A DNA stretch of 64,000 bases from Hydrogenophaga sp. (GTDB lineage: Bacteria; Pseudomonadota; Gammaproteobacteria; Burkholderiales; Burkholderiaceae_C). Shown piece by piece: positions 1 to 8,582 of the stretch; position 1 is the first letter of the stretch, and each line of letters opens with the position of its first letter. The notes under the pieces were generated by a model that did not search any database, had not been told where the DNA came from, and was given only the letters and a program-made list of their open reading frames with translations. A program made the translations under genes and the position numbers. The stretch is from positions 4,018 to 68,017 of the forward strand of contig DAISXI010000001.1 in the NCBI GenBank assembly GCA_036825935.1. The letters run 5' to 3'.

Positions 1-482
1 AAAGCGATGTTGGTGGTCTCAACCGCATCACCCACGGTGGAGCGCGGGATGATGAGTTTTTGCAGGTTGTTCAAATCGGCCTTGCCGCTGGAGTCCACCG
101 TCGCGGCCATCAGGGCTTGACCGGCCGAGTTCACCACCGCAAACGAGTCGTTGAGCAAAAACGTGCCGTTGCGGGTGTAGATGTCTTGCAGGTTGTCGGC
201 CGACTTCAGCGGGAAGAAACCGTCACCGGTGATGGCGATGTCCAGCGAGTTGGCCGAGAACTGGATGTTGCCCTGGCTGAATTCTTGAGAAACGCGCTTG
301 AGCGCCACACCCTGACCAATGACCGAGGAGGCTTTTTGCAAGGGTGATGTCGCAAAGATATCCCCGAAGTCGGCGCGCGAGCGCTTGAAACCGGTGGTGC
401 TGACGTTGGCGATGTTGTTGCTGGTCACGCTCAATTGCGTGGTGGCGGCATTCAAACCGGTCAGCGAGGTGTAAAAGGACAT
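1..482 (-). CDS. flgE: Flagellar hook protein FlgE, N-terminal part (runs off window start)
   Basis: Manual translation MSFYTSLTGLNAATTQLSVTSNNIANVSTTGFKRSRADFGD...LDIAITGDGFF...YTRNGTF; AGGAG RBS; follows flgD. Confidence 0.93.
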   Translation of the reverse strand, partial: MSFYTSLTGLNAATTQLSVTSNNIANVSTTGFKRSRADFGDIFATSPLQKASSVIGQGVALKRVSQEFSQGNIQFSANSLDIAITGDGFFPLKSADNLQDIYTRNGTFLLNDSFAVVNSAGQALMAATVDSSGKADLNNLQKLIIPRSTVGDAVETTNIA

Positions 483-530
483 GGTTCAGGCTCCTGCGAA
501 ATAAAAGGGTGTGCGGTGCGTTGGGCTGGA

Positions 531-1202
531 TCAGCTGTCGATGCGTTGAACGTCGCTCAAAGACACGCTGGAGCCGTCTTGCAGCTCCAACATCAATTGG
601 TTGTTCAGGTAAGTGACACTTTTGACGGTCGATGGCGTGCTGATGGGCACTTGCGAAATTTCGCCAAAAGCATCCACGGTGGCGACCACGCTGTATCGAC
701 CGGCAGGCATGCGTTCGCCTTTGTCATTGAAGCCATCCCAGCGGACGTTCATGTCACCAGCGGGCTGGCGTCCCATCGATTGGGTGAAGACCTTCACACC
801 GTTTTTGTCGTAAACATCCAGGTTCACGCTGTTGGCGCCATTGGCCAAAGACAAGACACCAGCCACATTCGCACCATCGATGAGCTCGGCCGTGCCCGTG
901 GGTGAGGCCACTTTTTTGCCGATCAGCGCCGCTCCCGTCATCAATCGATCGCCCTGCATCGTCGTTGACATCATCTCCAGCGAATCGGCCATTTTGGTGG
1001 TGGCTTCCAGCTGCGAAAACTGGGCCAACTGGGCCACAAAGGCTTCGTTTTTGACGGGGTCCAAAGGGTTTTGGTTTTGCAATTGGGTGGTGAACAGGGT
1101 CAGAAAAGCCTGCTGGCTCATCTCGTCTTCAACGTGGGCTTTTTTGCTGTTGACAATGGACAGCTGTGCGCTGACGGCGTTGTTGGTGCTGATGGCGGCC
1201 AT
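531..1202 (-). CDS. flgD: Flagellar hook capping protein FlgD
   Basis: FLTLFTTQLQNQNPLDP...FVAQLAQFSQLE motif; FlgD Ig domain WDG..G. Confidence 0.96.
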   Translation of the reverse strand: MAAISTNNAVSAQLSIVNSKKAHVEDEMSQQAFLTLFTTQLQNQNPLDPVKNEAFVAQLAQFSQLEATTKMADSLEMMSTTMQGDRLMTGAALIGKKVASPTGTAELIDGANVAGVLSLANGANSVNLDVYDKNGVKVFTQSMGRQPAGDMNVRWDGFNDKGERMPAGRYSVVATVDAFGEISQVPISTPSTVKSVTYLNNQLMLELQDGSSVSLSDVQRIDS

Positions 1203-1221
1203 GGTGTGTCCTAAAAGGGCG

Positions 1222-1647
1222 TTATGAGCGGGTGATGTCCAGCGTGCGCATCATGAGTTGGCGCGCGGTGTTCACCACTTCGACGTTGTTTTGGTAGGAG
1301 CGCGAGGCGGCCATCATTTCGACCATCTCAGAGACTTCGCTCACGTTGGACATGAACACATAGCCGTCTTCATTGGCCAAGGGATTACCGGGTTCATAGA
1401 CCTTTCGAACCGGCGCTTGGTCGTCTTCCATGTGGTCGACCTTCACGCCCCCGACATAAGGCGCGGCCTCGTGGGTCATTTCTTTTTCCAACAAGGCTTT
1501 GAACACCACGCGCTTGGCGCGAAACGCGCCCTCTTCTGTGGTGCTGGCTGTGGAGGCATTGGCCAAGTTGGAGGCGGTGGCGTTGAGTCGGGTCATTTGG
1601 GCGTTCAGCGCGGTGCTGGCAATGCCCATGATGTTGTCGAGTGCCAT
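1222..1647 (-). CDS. flgC: Basal-body rod protein FlgC
   Basis: ASNLANAS, YEPGNPLA...GYV, EMVEMMAASRSYQNN. Confidence 0.97.
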   Translation of the reverse strand: MALDNIMGIASTALNAQMTRLNATASNLANASTASTTEEGAFRAKRVVFKALLEKEMTHEAAPYVGGVKVDHMEDDQAPVRKVYEPGNPLANEDGYVFMSNVSEVSEMVEMMAASRSYQNNVEVVNTARQLMMRTLDITRS

Positions 1648-1650
1648 GGA

Positions 1651-2040
1651 TCAATCTCCCCGCAGTGCTTTGCGTGCACCGCTGATGCGGTTTTCAAGAA
1701 AATTCAATGTGGCCTGGTAATCGGCCGCGGCTTTACCGTATTGCGCTTGTTCGACGTTCATCTCAACGGTGTTGCCATCGAAGGAGGTGTTGAACGGAGT
1801 ACGAAACTTCAGGCCGTTGGCGCCCAGGCTCTCGCCCACGGGGTAATGCCCCTGTTGTGTGGCCTTCATGGGCACGTTGCCGTTGTTGATGTCGGACAGG
1901 ACCGCTTTGAAGTCGAGGTCTTTGGCTTTGAAATTGGGCGTGTCGGCGTTCGCGATGTTTTTCGCGATCAGCTCCAAGCGCTGGCTGCGCAAGCCCAACG
2001 CTTTTTCGTGAATGCCAAAGGCATTGCTCAACAAATTCAT
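1651..2040 (-). CDS. flgB: Basal-body rod protein FlgB
   Basis: NIANADTPNFKAKDLDF, DGNTVEM. Confidence 0.97.
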   Translation of the reverse strand: MNLLSNAFGIHEKALGLRSQRLELIAKNIANADTPNFKAKDLDFKAVLSDINNGNVPMKATQQGHYPVGESLGANGLKFRTPFNTSFDGNTVEMNVEQAQYGKAAADYQATLNFLENRISGARKALRGD

Positions 2041-2130
2041 TTTTCAGCACTCCTTCACAACAAGGGCGCCCACGGGGGCTGCCGGGTTCCCGACGCTTGG
2101 GACTCAAGTTGCGCCAGTTGCTGCCGAAGT

Positions 2131-2146
2131 TGCAATAGTCGTGCCA
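2131..2146 (-). promoter_or_regulatory. sigma54 (-24/-12) promoter of flgBCDE
   Basis: Minus strand TGGCACGACTATTGCA, perfect TGGCAC-N5-TTGCA, about 90 nt upstream of flgB. Confidence 0.9.
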
Positions 2147-2150
2147 AGCC

Positions 2151-3185
2151 TCAAGGCAAGCGCTGGCCAGCCTTGGCCGCTGTGCTGTCGAGCATGGCCA
2201 CGTCGACATAGCTGTTGCGGGCGGCAATTTGTTGCCGCTCGTTGACCACGGCCTTGCCGCTTTGGGCTTGGTGCTGGTTGAGCACGCGGCTCGCGTGGCG
2301 TTGCAATCCCTGGGTCAAGGATTCGCGGGTGATGGCGTTGTCTCGGTCCGAATCGACGTAGAGGGCGCGGGCTTGCTCACCCGCGATATTCAAGGGCGCG
2401 TCTGCGCGCTTCTCTTGGCGTGCCGATGGGGTTAGCACCGACAGATACAGGTCATCCAAGGCCACGCGGTGGGGTGGGCGTGGATCGGTGGACGCGCTGG
2501 GTGGTCGCCCCACCCGCACATCCTCCAAATAGCGGTCGACCAACTTGAGTTGCTGCGGCACGCTCATTTGGGCAATTTCGTGGGCTCGACCGCGCAAGCC
2601 CACACTGTCGGCGCCCCGGGCCACCCCTTCGCAGAACTGGATGATGCCGTGGCAGCGCCCATTGGTGGCTTTGGGGTTCAGGCCGTCGCTCTCCATCAAG
2701 GCCACGCGCGCAAAGTCGTCGGGGGAGAAGCCGTGGCGTTTGCCCATGGCCAAGATGCGTTGCTCAACCAAAGGCCTCTCCCTGGGAGCGATGTAACCTT
2801 TGGCCACAGCCCGGTCCAAGGTTTGGTTCAACACCCGGTGGTGGTTGACCGAACGTTGGGGGGCGGGTGCGTTGGACGTCTCGGTGCTTGGCATTCGCAG
2901 GAATTGACCGGCGTTGATTTTGTTGGGGTCGCTCAAGCCGTTGGCCTGTGCAACCGCGGCAACCCGTTGGTTGAGTTGCTGCTCGTTCAAGGGGCCTGGC
3001 GTGTGAGCACGTACCAAACCGCGCAGGGTGTCCCCGGGCTCGATCTGCACGCGCTTGATGCCGTCGCCCTTCTGTTGAGCCGCTTTCAAGGCTTGTGAAA
3101 ACCCTGCTCCACCTTGCGTGGACCTTGCGCGTTCGGGCACCTTGGACGTGTCCAAGGCGGCGGCGGTGATGGGCAAGGTGCTCAT
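2151..3185 (-). CDS. LysM domain + lytic transglycosylase-like protein
   Basis: LysM (IEPGDTL...ANGLSDPNKINAGQFLRMP); lysozyme-like motifs MES...GIIQF and QL..VDRY...LDDLYLSVL. Confidence 0.75.
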   Translation of the reverse strand: MSTLPITAAALDTSKVPERARSTQGGAGFSQALKAAQQKGDGIKRVQIEPGDTLRGLVRAHTPGPLNEQQLNQRVAAVAQANGLSDPNKINAGQFLRMPSTETSNAPAPQRSVNHHRVLNQTLDRAVAKGYIAPRERPLVEQRILAMGKRHGFSPDDFARVALMESDGLNPKATNGRCHGIIQFCEGVARGADSVGLRGRAHEIAQMSVPQQLKLVDRYLEDVRVGRPPSASTDPRPPHRVALDDLYLSVLTPSARQEKRADAPLNIAGEQARALYVDSDRDNAITRESLTQGLQRHASRVLNQHQAQSGKAVVNERQQIAARNSYVDVAMLDSTAAKAGQRLP

Positions 3186-3220
3186 GGGTTTTCGAGGGCT
3201 TTCAGGGCATTGAATTGGGT

Positions 3221-3236
3221 TGGCGCTGTTTTTGCT
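3221..3236 (+). promoter_or_regulatory. sigma54 promoter of flgA
   Basis: TGGCGCTGTTTTTGCT (GG-N10-GC) about 48 nt upstream of flgA. Confidence 0.8.
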
Positions 3237-3283
3237 TGGTGTGAAGGACCGTCAACCCCTGTCGAACGACCAACACCCCTACC

Positions 3284-4096
3284 ATGATGCAATTCCTGTG
3301 CCCAAGCCAAGCCTTCAAAGCGGTGCCCTTGGCCCTGCTCGTGGGTGCATGCGCCTTCAGCGGGTCTGCCATGGCGAGCGCCGATCCCCGTGAGTCCTTG
3401 ATGTCTGAAACGCGGACATGGCTGGGCGCAGAGCTTCAACTCTCGCCTTCGCTCCTGAGCTTGGCCCCGCTGAACCCCAAATTGCGTGTGCGGCCTTGCA
3501 TGTCGGGCTGGCAATGGAAAAATTTCCCGCAACAAGCCACCGTTCAGGTCAGCTGCGCCCAACCTCGCACCTTGTTTTTGATTCAGTGGACAACCCAATC
3601 CACCCCAAGCCCGGCCCCCGCGAGCACCACCGCCACTTTGCCCAAACCACCGAAACCGGTTGCCGCTGTGAGCACCGAACCGCCGGCCCCACCGACCCCG
3701 TTGGTGGTGGCCACCCGCAAGGCTTTGTCCATCAACCAAACCCTGCCCCGGGGTTCGCACCTGACACCCGCCATGCTCAGCTGGGTTGAGATTCCCGCCA
3801 CCAGCTGGGCGGGACACCATTTGGGCGACATGGCTGCGGCGCAGGGCGCCGAGCTGACCCGTGACATGCGCCCCGGTCAAATCTTGTCCAAAAACGACAT
3901 CCGGCCCTCGGTGATGGTGAAAAAAGGCCAGCTCGTGACGATACACATTGGTGAGCCCGGAAGAATGAGCATCTCCGCACAGCTCCAGGCCTTGCAAGAC
4001 GGTAGGATGGGTGAAACCATCAACCTCAAAAACCCCGAATCGGGCCGGCTGCTCTCGGGGGTGGTGACGGGTTTGAACATGGTTCGCAACCCCTGA
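3284..4096 (+). CDS. flgA: P-ring formation chaperone FlgA
   Basis: Signal peptide; SAF domain; VKKGQLV...ALQDGRMGETINLKNPESGR; precedes flgMN; exact start uncertain. Confidence 0.9.
   Translation: MMQFLCPSQAFKAVPLALLVGACAFSGSAMASADPRESLMSETRTWLGAELQLSPSLLSLAPLNPKLRVRPCMSGWQWKNFPQQATVQVSCAQPRTLFLIQWTTQSTPSPAPASTTATLPKPPKPVAAVSTEPPAPPTPLVVATRKALSINQTLPRGSHLTPAMLSWVEIPATSWAGHHLGDMAAAQGAELTRDMRPGQILSKNDIRPSVMVKKGQLVTIHIGEPGRMSISAQLQALQDGRMGETINLKNPESGRLLSGVVTGLNMVRNP
3288..3303 (-). promoter_or_regulatory. sigma54 promoter of the LysM-transglycosylase gene
   Basis: Minus strand GGGCACAGGAATTGCA (GGCAC-N5-TTGCA) about 100 nt upstream of ATG 3185. Confidence 0.7.
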
Positions 4097-4150
4097 GGCC
4101 TCTGGGGACCCTACAATGCAAAATAATTTAAAAAATAGCGCCGTTGGGGC

Positions 4151-4177
4151 TCAAGTTGGCTCAACTCGAGCCGATTC
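4151..4177 (+). promoter_or_regulatory. sigma28 (FliA) promoter of flgMN
   Basis: TCAA-N15-GCCGATTC upstream of flgM. Confidence 0.8.
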
Positions 4178-4233
4178 TGTACGTATGTCCCCCTACGGCC
4201 ACCCTGCTGAGTGACCGAAGAAAGCAAAACATC

Positions 4234-4536
4234 ATGACGGATCTCATCTCTTCCAAAGGCCGAATGGCCACTTCGGGCCCCTCCAACCGCGAGTTGATGG
4301 AGAAAGCCGATGAGCGCAAAAACAGCGCCACCAATGCTGCATCGAGCACGGCTGCGCCCGCGGTGCGCGACGAATTTGTGCCCAGCGACGTGGCCAAACA
4401 GGCCATGAGCAGCGAGCCGTTTGACCAAGCCAAGGTCGACGCCATCAAACAAGCCATCCAAGACGGCCAATACCCTTTGGACAGCCGCCGCATCGCCGAG
4501 AGCTTCTTGGCGGTCGAGCGCATGATTGGCGGCTGA
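4234..4536 (+). CDS. flgM: Anti-sigma28 factor FlgM
   Basis: FDQAKVDAIKQAIQDGQYPLDSRRIAE; start moved to ATG 4234, downstream of the sigma28 promoter. Confidence 0.92.
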   Translation: MTDLISSKGRMATSGPSNRELMEKADERKNSATNAASSTAAPAVRDEFVPSDVAKQAMSSEPFDQAKVDAIKQAIQDGQYPLDSRRIAESFLAVERMIGG

Positions 4537-4540
4537 AGGC

Positions 4541-4897
4541 ATGGCGGTTGACACGCAAACGGCGCAAGACTTGTTGCTGGTGCTCAACCAAGAGTTTGAC
4601 GCGCTCAAGGTCCAAGACTTGGCGCAATTTGAAGCCTTGCAAGCCGGCAAAGCCACTTTGCTGGCCCGCTTGGAGGGCGTTTCGCCCGATGCGATCACTG
4701 AGGATGTCCGCGACACCTTGATCCAGTGCCGCGACGCGCACCGCCGCAACGAAACCCTCATCCAGCACCAACTCGTGGCCATCCGTGGGACCTTGCAGTC
4801 CCTGACAGCCACACACGCCACCGAAACCGTAGACGTGTACGACCGCTTGGGCCATGTGCGCAGCGGCACCCTGGGCCGCGGCTACAACGACGCCTGA
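4541..4897 (+). CDS. flgN: Flagellar export chaperone FlgN
   Basis: Helical about 118 aa after flgM; CRDAHRRNETLI and C-terminal YDRLG. Confidence 0.8.
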   Translation: MAVDTQTAQDLLLVLNQEFDALKVQDLAQFEALQAGKATLLARLEGVSPDAITEDVRDTLIQCRDAHRRNETLIQHQLVAIRGTLQSLTATHATETVDVYDRLGHVRSGTLGRGYNDA

Positions 4898-4915
4898 GCC
4901 GTCCCCCGCTTTTTT

Positions 4916-5197
4916 TTACCCGCGCTTTTCATCCCCAGGGCTCATGCCCTTGAGCCAGTAGGCCCAGGACAAGACCACGGCCACCGCGGTGTACAGCTCC
5001 GGTGGGATTTCTTGGTCGATCTCCAAACGCGACAACAAAGCCAACAAGGCCGGATCTTGGGCCACGTAAACACCGTGGCGTTGGGCCTCCGCGATGATGC
5101 TTTGGGCCAAATCGGCTTGGCCCTTGGCGCTCACCACAGGGGTGGGCCGTTCGCCATAAGCCAAGGCCACCGCTTCTTTGTAGTCTTTGTGCACCAT
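4916..5197 (-). CDS. FlhB C-terminal-like protein (FlhX/EscU-YscU family)
   Basis: AVALAY...PVVSAKG..DLAQSIIAEA...IDQEIPPELYTAVAVVL. Confidence 0.9.
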   Translation of the reverse strand: MVHKDYKEAVALAYGERPTPVVSAKGQADLAQSIIAEAQRHGVYVAQDPALLALLSRLEIDQEIPPELYTAVAVVLSWAYWLKGMSPGDEKRG

Positions 5198-5201
5198 GGC
5201 C

Positions 5202-6272
5202 TTAAGCCTTGAAGTCCACCAAACGGCCCTGGGGCGGCACGGCCTCGGGCTCGTCGGTGCGCCGACCATGGATGACACGAAAGGCCACCAAGTCCAGATC
5301 GGCTTCACGCATTTCTTGCGCCAAGCCCTCAGCCCGACTTTGGGCGCTTCGGTAAATGCTCTCGCGCTCGGCCCACATGGTCAGGCCCACGCGTTGCTCA
5401 GCCAAGACCTTGACCTGCAGCCACAAGGGACCCCATTGCTCGCTGTCGCTGTGGATGTTCACCAACCAGGGGGCGTCTTTGGGGGCCTGGCGCCCGCCTT
5501 CGCGCTGAATTTGAACGTGCACCGCTGGCGCATCGGCAAAGCCCAAAACCAAAGCCAAGCCCTCTCGGCCAGTGTTGCCGTCCAAGGCGTGCAACTGGGC
5601 CGACTCGATGTCGTCGACCGCATCGCTCAGGGTTTTGGCCAATGGGCTGTTGGCTGATAGGCGTCGCATCCAGTCGCGCAGCATCAGTTTGAGGTCTTGG
5701 CCTGCGTTCGTCGCGCCAGCCAACAAACGAGATTCGGTGAACAGGCCGCTGTGCAGCAAAGCCAGCTTCAGTGAGGGACCATCCAAGGTGCCCATGCGGG
5801 GAAAAGGCCGCTGGGCGTTCACGGCCTCGGGACTGGGTGGCAACTGGGCTTGCACTTGCTTGAAAAAACCCGGCTCGAACAACTTGAGCCAAGCCGCCAA
5901 CCCCGACTGCGGGCGCACAGCCAACTGATCCACACGGGCCGCCGTCGATGGCACAGGAGCCTCCTCGGTCGGGGCTGCCTTGGTGGGCAAAACTGCCCGC
6001 AGCTGCGCGCTGCCATTGGCCAAGACCTGCACTTGCATGGTCAGCACGTCGCCAGCTTGCGCGCGCAGGCCCGGCGGCAAGTCAAACAATCGGTTGAAAA
6101 TCACCATCTTGAGCTGCTCTTGGCGCACCTCGATGGTGGGTTTGACCATCTGCCCATCGCGCAGTCCCAAAGCCAACACATCTTTGGCTTGCAACAAGAG
6201 TGGCAGACGACCTTCGAGGTAAATCGGCGTGGGGCGCCCCACCAAACCTGCGGTTTCGGCGCCGGTGATCAT
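5202..6272 (-). CDS. Second FliK-like protein (hook-length control C-terminal domain)
   Basis: C-terminal WGPLWLQVKV...VGLTMWAE...LAQEMREADL; paired with flhX; start uncertain. Confidence 0.65.
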   Translation of the reverse strand: MITGAETAGLVGRPTPIYLEGRLPLLLQAKDVLALGLRDGQMVKPTIEVRQEQLKMVIFNRLFDLPPGLRAQAGDVLTMQVQVLANGSAQLRAVLPTKAAPTEEAPVPSTAARVDQLAVRPQSGLAAWLKLFEPGFFKQVQAQLPPSPEAVNAQRPFPRMGTLDGPSLKLALLHSGLFTESRLLAGATNAGQDLKLMLRDWMRRLSANSPLAKTLSDAVDDIESAQLHALDGNTGREGLALVLGFADAPAVHVQIQREGGRQAPKDAPWLVNIHSDSEQWGPLWLQVKVLAEQRVGLTMWAERESIYRSAQSRAEGLAQEMREADLDLVAFRVIHGRRTDEPEAVPPQGRLVDFKA

Positions 6273-6291
6273 GGATGGCGTGCTGTTCCCG

Positions 6292-6774
6292 TTAGGGAAA
6301 GCGGACCCATTGCTTGCGCTGATCGGGCGTGGTGCGGGCAGCTGCACCCATCGCCGACCCTTGCACGCCCGCGGGCGTTTGACCCTCGGCCATGGCCATC
6401 AGGTCGGCGTGTGTGGGCACTTTGAGGCTGGCGCCTGCGGTGACAACGTGGTGGGTTTTGCGGGGAAAGGCCTCGGGGTTCAGCGCCACAAAGGCCTTGA
6501 AGATGAAGTCCTCGCGAAACGGGCTGCCTTTGAAACGGGCCCGCACGATGCGAGCCAAGGTCTCACCTCGACGGACCACCACCACCGAGGGATCGCCCGA
6601 AACGGCTGAAGCGCCAGCAGCCATTGGTGCAGAGCCACTTGAAGGCACTGAGGTGGTCACGGTTTGCCCCAAAAAGACACGAACCGCCGCGTCCAGCGGT
6701 GGTGCTTCTGAGCCTGCCGACCAAGCCACACCCGACACCCACATGGCCAAGAGGCCGACCCAGCTGCGTTTCAT
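6292..6774 (-). CDS. Secreted FimV N-terminal/LysM-like protein
   Basis: Signal peptide; VRRGETLARI...AFVALNPEAF...AGASLKVP resembles the FimV LysM region. Confidence 0.6.
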   Translation of the reverse strand: MKRSWVGLLAMWVSGVAWSAGSEAPPLDAAVRVFLGQTVTTSVPSSGSAPMAAGASAVSGDPSVVVVRRGETLARIVRARFKGSPFREDFIFKAFVALNPEAFPRKTHHVVTAGASLKVPTHADLMAMAEGQTPAGVQGSAMGAAARTTPDQRKQWVRFP

Positions 6775-6791
6775 GTGCGCCTCGATTCTTG

Positions 6792-7904
6792 TCAGATGGG
6801 CAAGGCCACCCAATGCCCTTGGGAGGGCAAGGCGGGGCCTGCGATTTGTTTGAGTTGAACCCGATCCTTGAGCACCTGCACCACCTCGGCCATGGCCAAT
6901 TGACCCAAAGCACCAGGCTCGACCAAGCGCTGGGGCAAGCGGTCGCGGTCCAGCACCAGCACGCGGTCACCGGCCCGAAAACCCGAGGCGCTGCCCACCG
7001 GCATCACCCAACCTTGTGCCGATGGTGCCACATCGAATTGGCTCGGCTCACAAGCGCCGCGGGCATCGACTTCTGCACGAACTTGGCTCAAGGTGTGGCG
7101 CAACACTTCCAAGGTCTTCATGCCCACGAACTGTTGCGATCGAACTTCAACCGAGGAGGCAGGCAGGTGCACTCGAGATTGCCAAACGGGAGACGAGCCA
7201 TCGGTGCGACCAAACGACACGTCCACGCGCCAGCCTGGCACACTAAAGCCATCGGTGCCGAGCACCAACTGCAAACGCCATGGGGTTTGGCGTTGGCTTT
7301 GGCTGCCCAAAACCAGGCGCATGTAGGGCGACGCTGGGGCATCAGTTGACACCGAGCGCACCTCGGCCTGGTCCCAGTGCCAACGCTGGCTGTGGCCCGA
7401 CTGCTGACGCCACCAATGGGCGGTTTCCTGAGCCAACCACGTACCAACATGGGTATCGCGGCCTTTGAGAGAGGGGTCCAAGGAGACCACCATGTCCACC
7501 GGCATGCGCCAACGCCCCGCCGATTGCAAGCAGGTCTGGGCATCGCCTTTGACCGTGGCCCAATGCGTGGGGGCTTCATTGACCGTGGCAGCACGCAACT
7601 CAGGCGCGGCTTGTCCCTGAGCGGTATAGGCCATCACACGAACCCCACGCACCTTGGCTTGGGAATGGAATTGTGTGGACTCGTGCAAAGCACCTTTGTC
7701 GTCCACCCAAGCGGTGTTGTAGACCTGCATGGGCGCTTGGCTGACCGCTTGCACCAATGCCAAGCGAATGGCTTGCAGTTGCTCATCCGGCGTGCCCGGC
7801 GAACGGGTCGGCAAGGCTTGCGCCCAGGCTCCGCAGGCCGTCAGCAAAGCCAACGCCAAAGCGCCACGGGCTGGGTTGCTCAAGCGAAAGCAGGTGTTGA
7901 ACAT
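6792..7904 (-). CDS. Periplasmic FlgT-like flagellar ring protein
   Basis: Signal peptide; C-terminal VGSASGFRAGDRVLV...AEVVQV like FlgT_C; adjacent to flgP-like gene. Confidence 0.5.
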   Translation of the reverse strand: MFNTCFRLSNPARGALALALLTACGAWAQALPTRSPGTPDEQLQAIRLALVQAVSQAPMQVYNTAWVDDKGALHESTQFHSQAKVRGVRVMAYTAQGQAAPELRAATVNEAPTHWATVKGDAQTCLQSAGRWRMPVDMVVSLDPSLKGRDTHVGTWLAQETAHWWRQQSGHSQRWHWDQAEVRSVSTDAPASPYMRLVLGSQSQRQTPWRLQLVLGTDGFSVPGWRVDVSFGRTDGSSPVWQSRVHLPASSVEVRSQQFVGMKTLEVLRHTLSQVRAEVDARGACEPSQFDVAPSAQGWVMPVGSASGFRAGDRVLVLDRDRLPQRLVEPGALGQLAMAEVVQVLKDRVQLKQIAGPALPSQGHWVALPI

Positions 7905-7930
7905 GGTGCTGACCCGGTGTGGTTCGGCGA

Positions 7931-8455
7931 TCAGCGGCTGCTGACCAACTGACCCAAGTACAGGGCGCGCAAATCGTTGACCACCGAGCGGTCCAAAGAC
8001 AGGGTGGCTTCATAGGTGTCATCGCCCGCCGGGGTGATGCTCACCAACACCGCGCCGTAGACCACACCTTCCACGCGGGCACGGAAGGTATCACTCATGA
8101 CGGTCATGTCGGACACGGTGGTCGTGGCGTCCAAGTGTTGGCCGTAAACCTGCTCGGTCAAGGCGCGGTAAGCATCGAGCTTGGCGGCGCGGATGGCCAA
8201 CAGACGTTGCTGAGCTGGGTTTTTGTGGTTTTGCACGCTGATGACCGCATAGCCCGTGGCCACCAAGGTGTCACGGCGTTCGATCATGGGCGCCAAAAGA
8301 CCGGCTTTGCTTTTGTCGTTCACCGGTGGGGCAACTTCGGCGACCGGTGCGGGTTTGACCGGCACCACGGGAGCTGGCGCAGGTGGTGCTGTCTGACACG
8401 CACCCAACAGGGCTGTCGTCAACGCCGTACCCACCCATTTCATCCATGTGTTCAT
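7931..8455 (-). CDS. flgP: LPP20-family lipoprotein FlgP
   Basis: Lipobox LGAC; ATGYAVIS...RLLAIRAAKLDAYRALTEQVYG; AGGAG RBS. Confidence 0.85.
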   Translation of the reverse strand: MNTWMKWVGTALTTALLGACQTAPPAPAPVVPVKPAPVAEVAPPVNDKSKAGLLAPMIERRDTLVATGYAVISVQNHKNPAQQRLLAIRAAKLDAYRALTEQVYGQHLDATTTVSDMTVMSDTFRARVEGVVYGAVLVSITPAGDDTYEATLSLDRSVVNDLRALYLGQLVSSR

Positions 8456-8529
8456 GCTGTTTCTCCTAGAGAGCACAGGCCCAGTGCCGATATGCACCTG
8501 AACAGCCTGAACCATCGTCTGTGCACTAA

Positions 8530-8556
8530 GAGTCGGCCCGATGGAGCCAATCTTTA
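8530..8556 (-). promoter_or_regulatory. sigma28 promoter of the flgP operon
   Basis: Minus strand TAAA-N15-GCCGACTC. Confidence 0.8.
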
Positions 8557-8582
8557 GGGGGTGATGACAGAAAAATCGAACG

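Noticed and set aside
2041..2130. GC-rich hairpins in the flgB leader as a c-di-GMP riboswitch
   Set aside because: No recognisable riboswitch consensus; an Rfam cmscan would be needed
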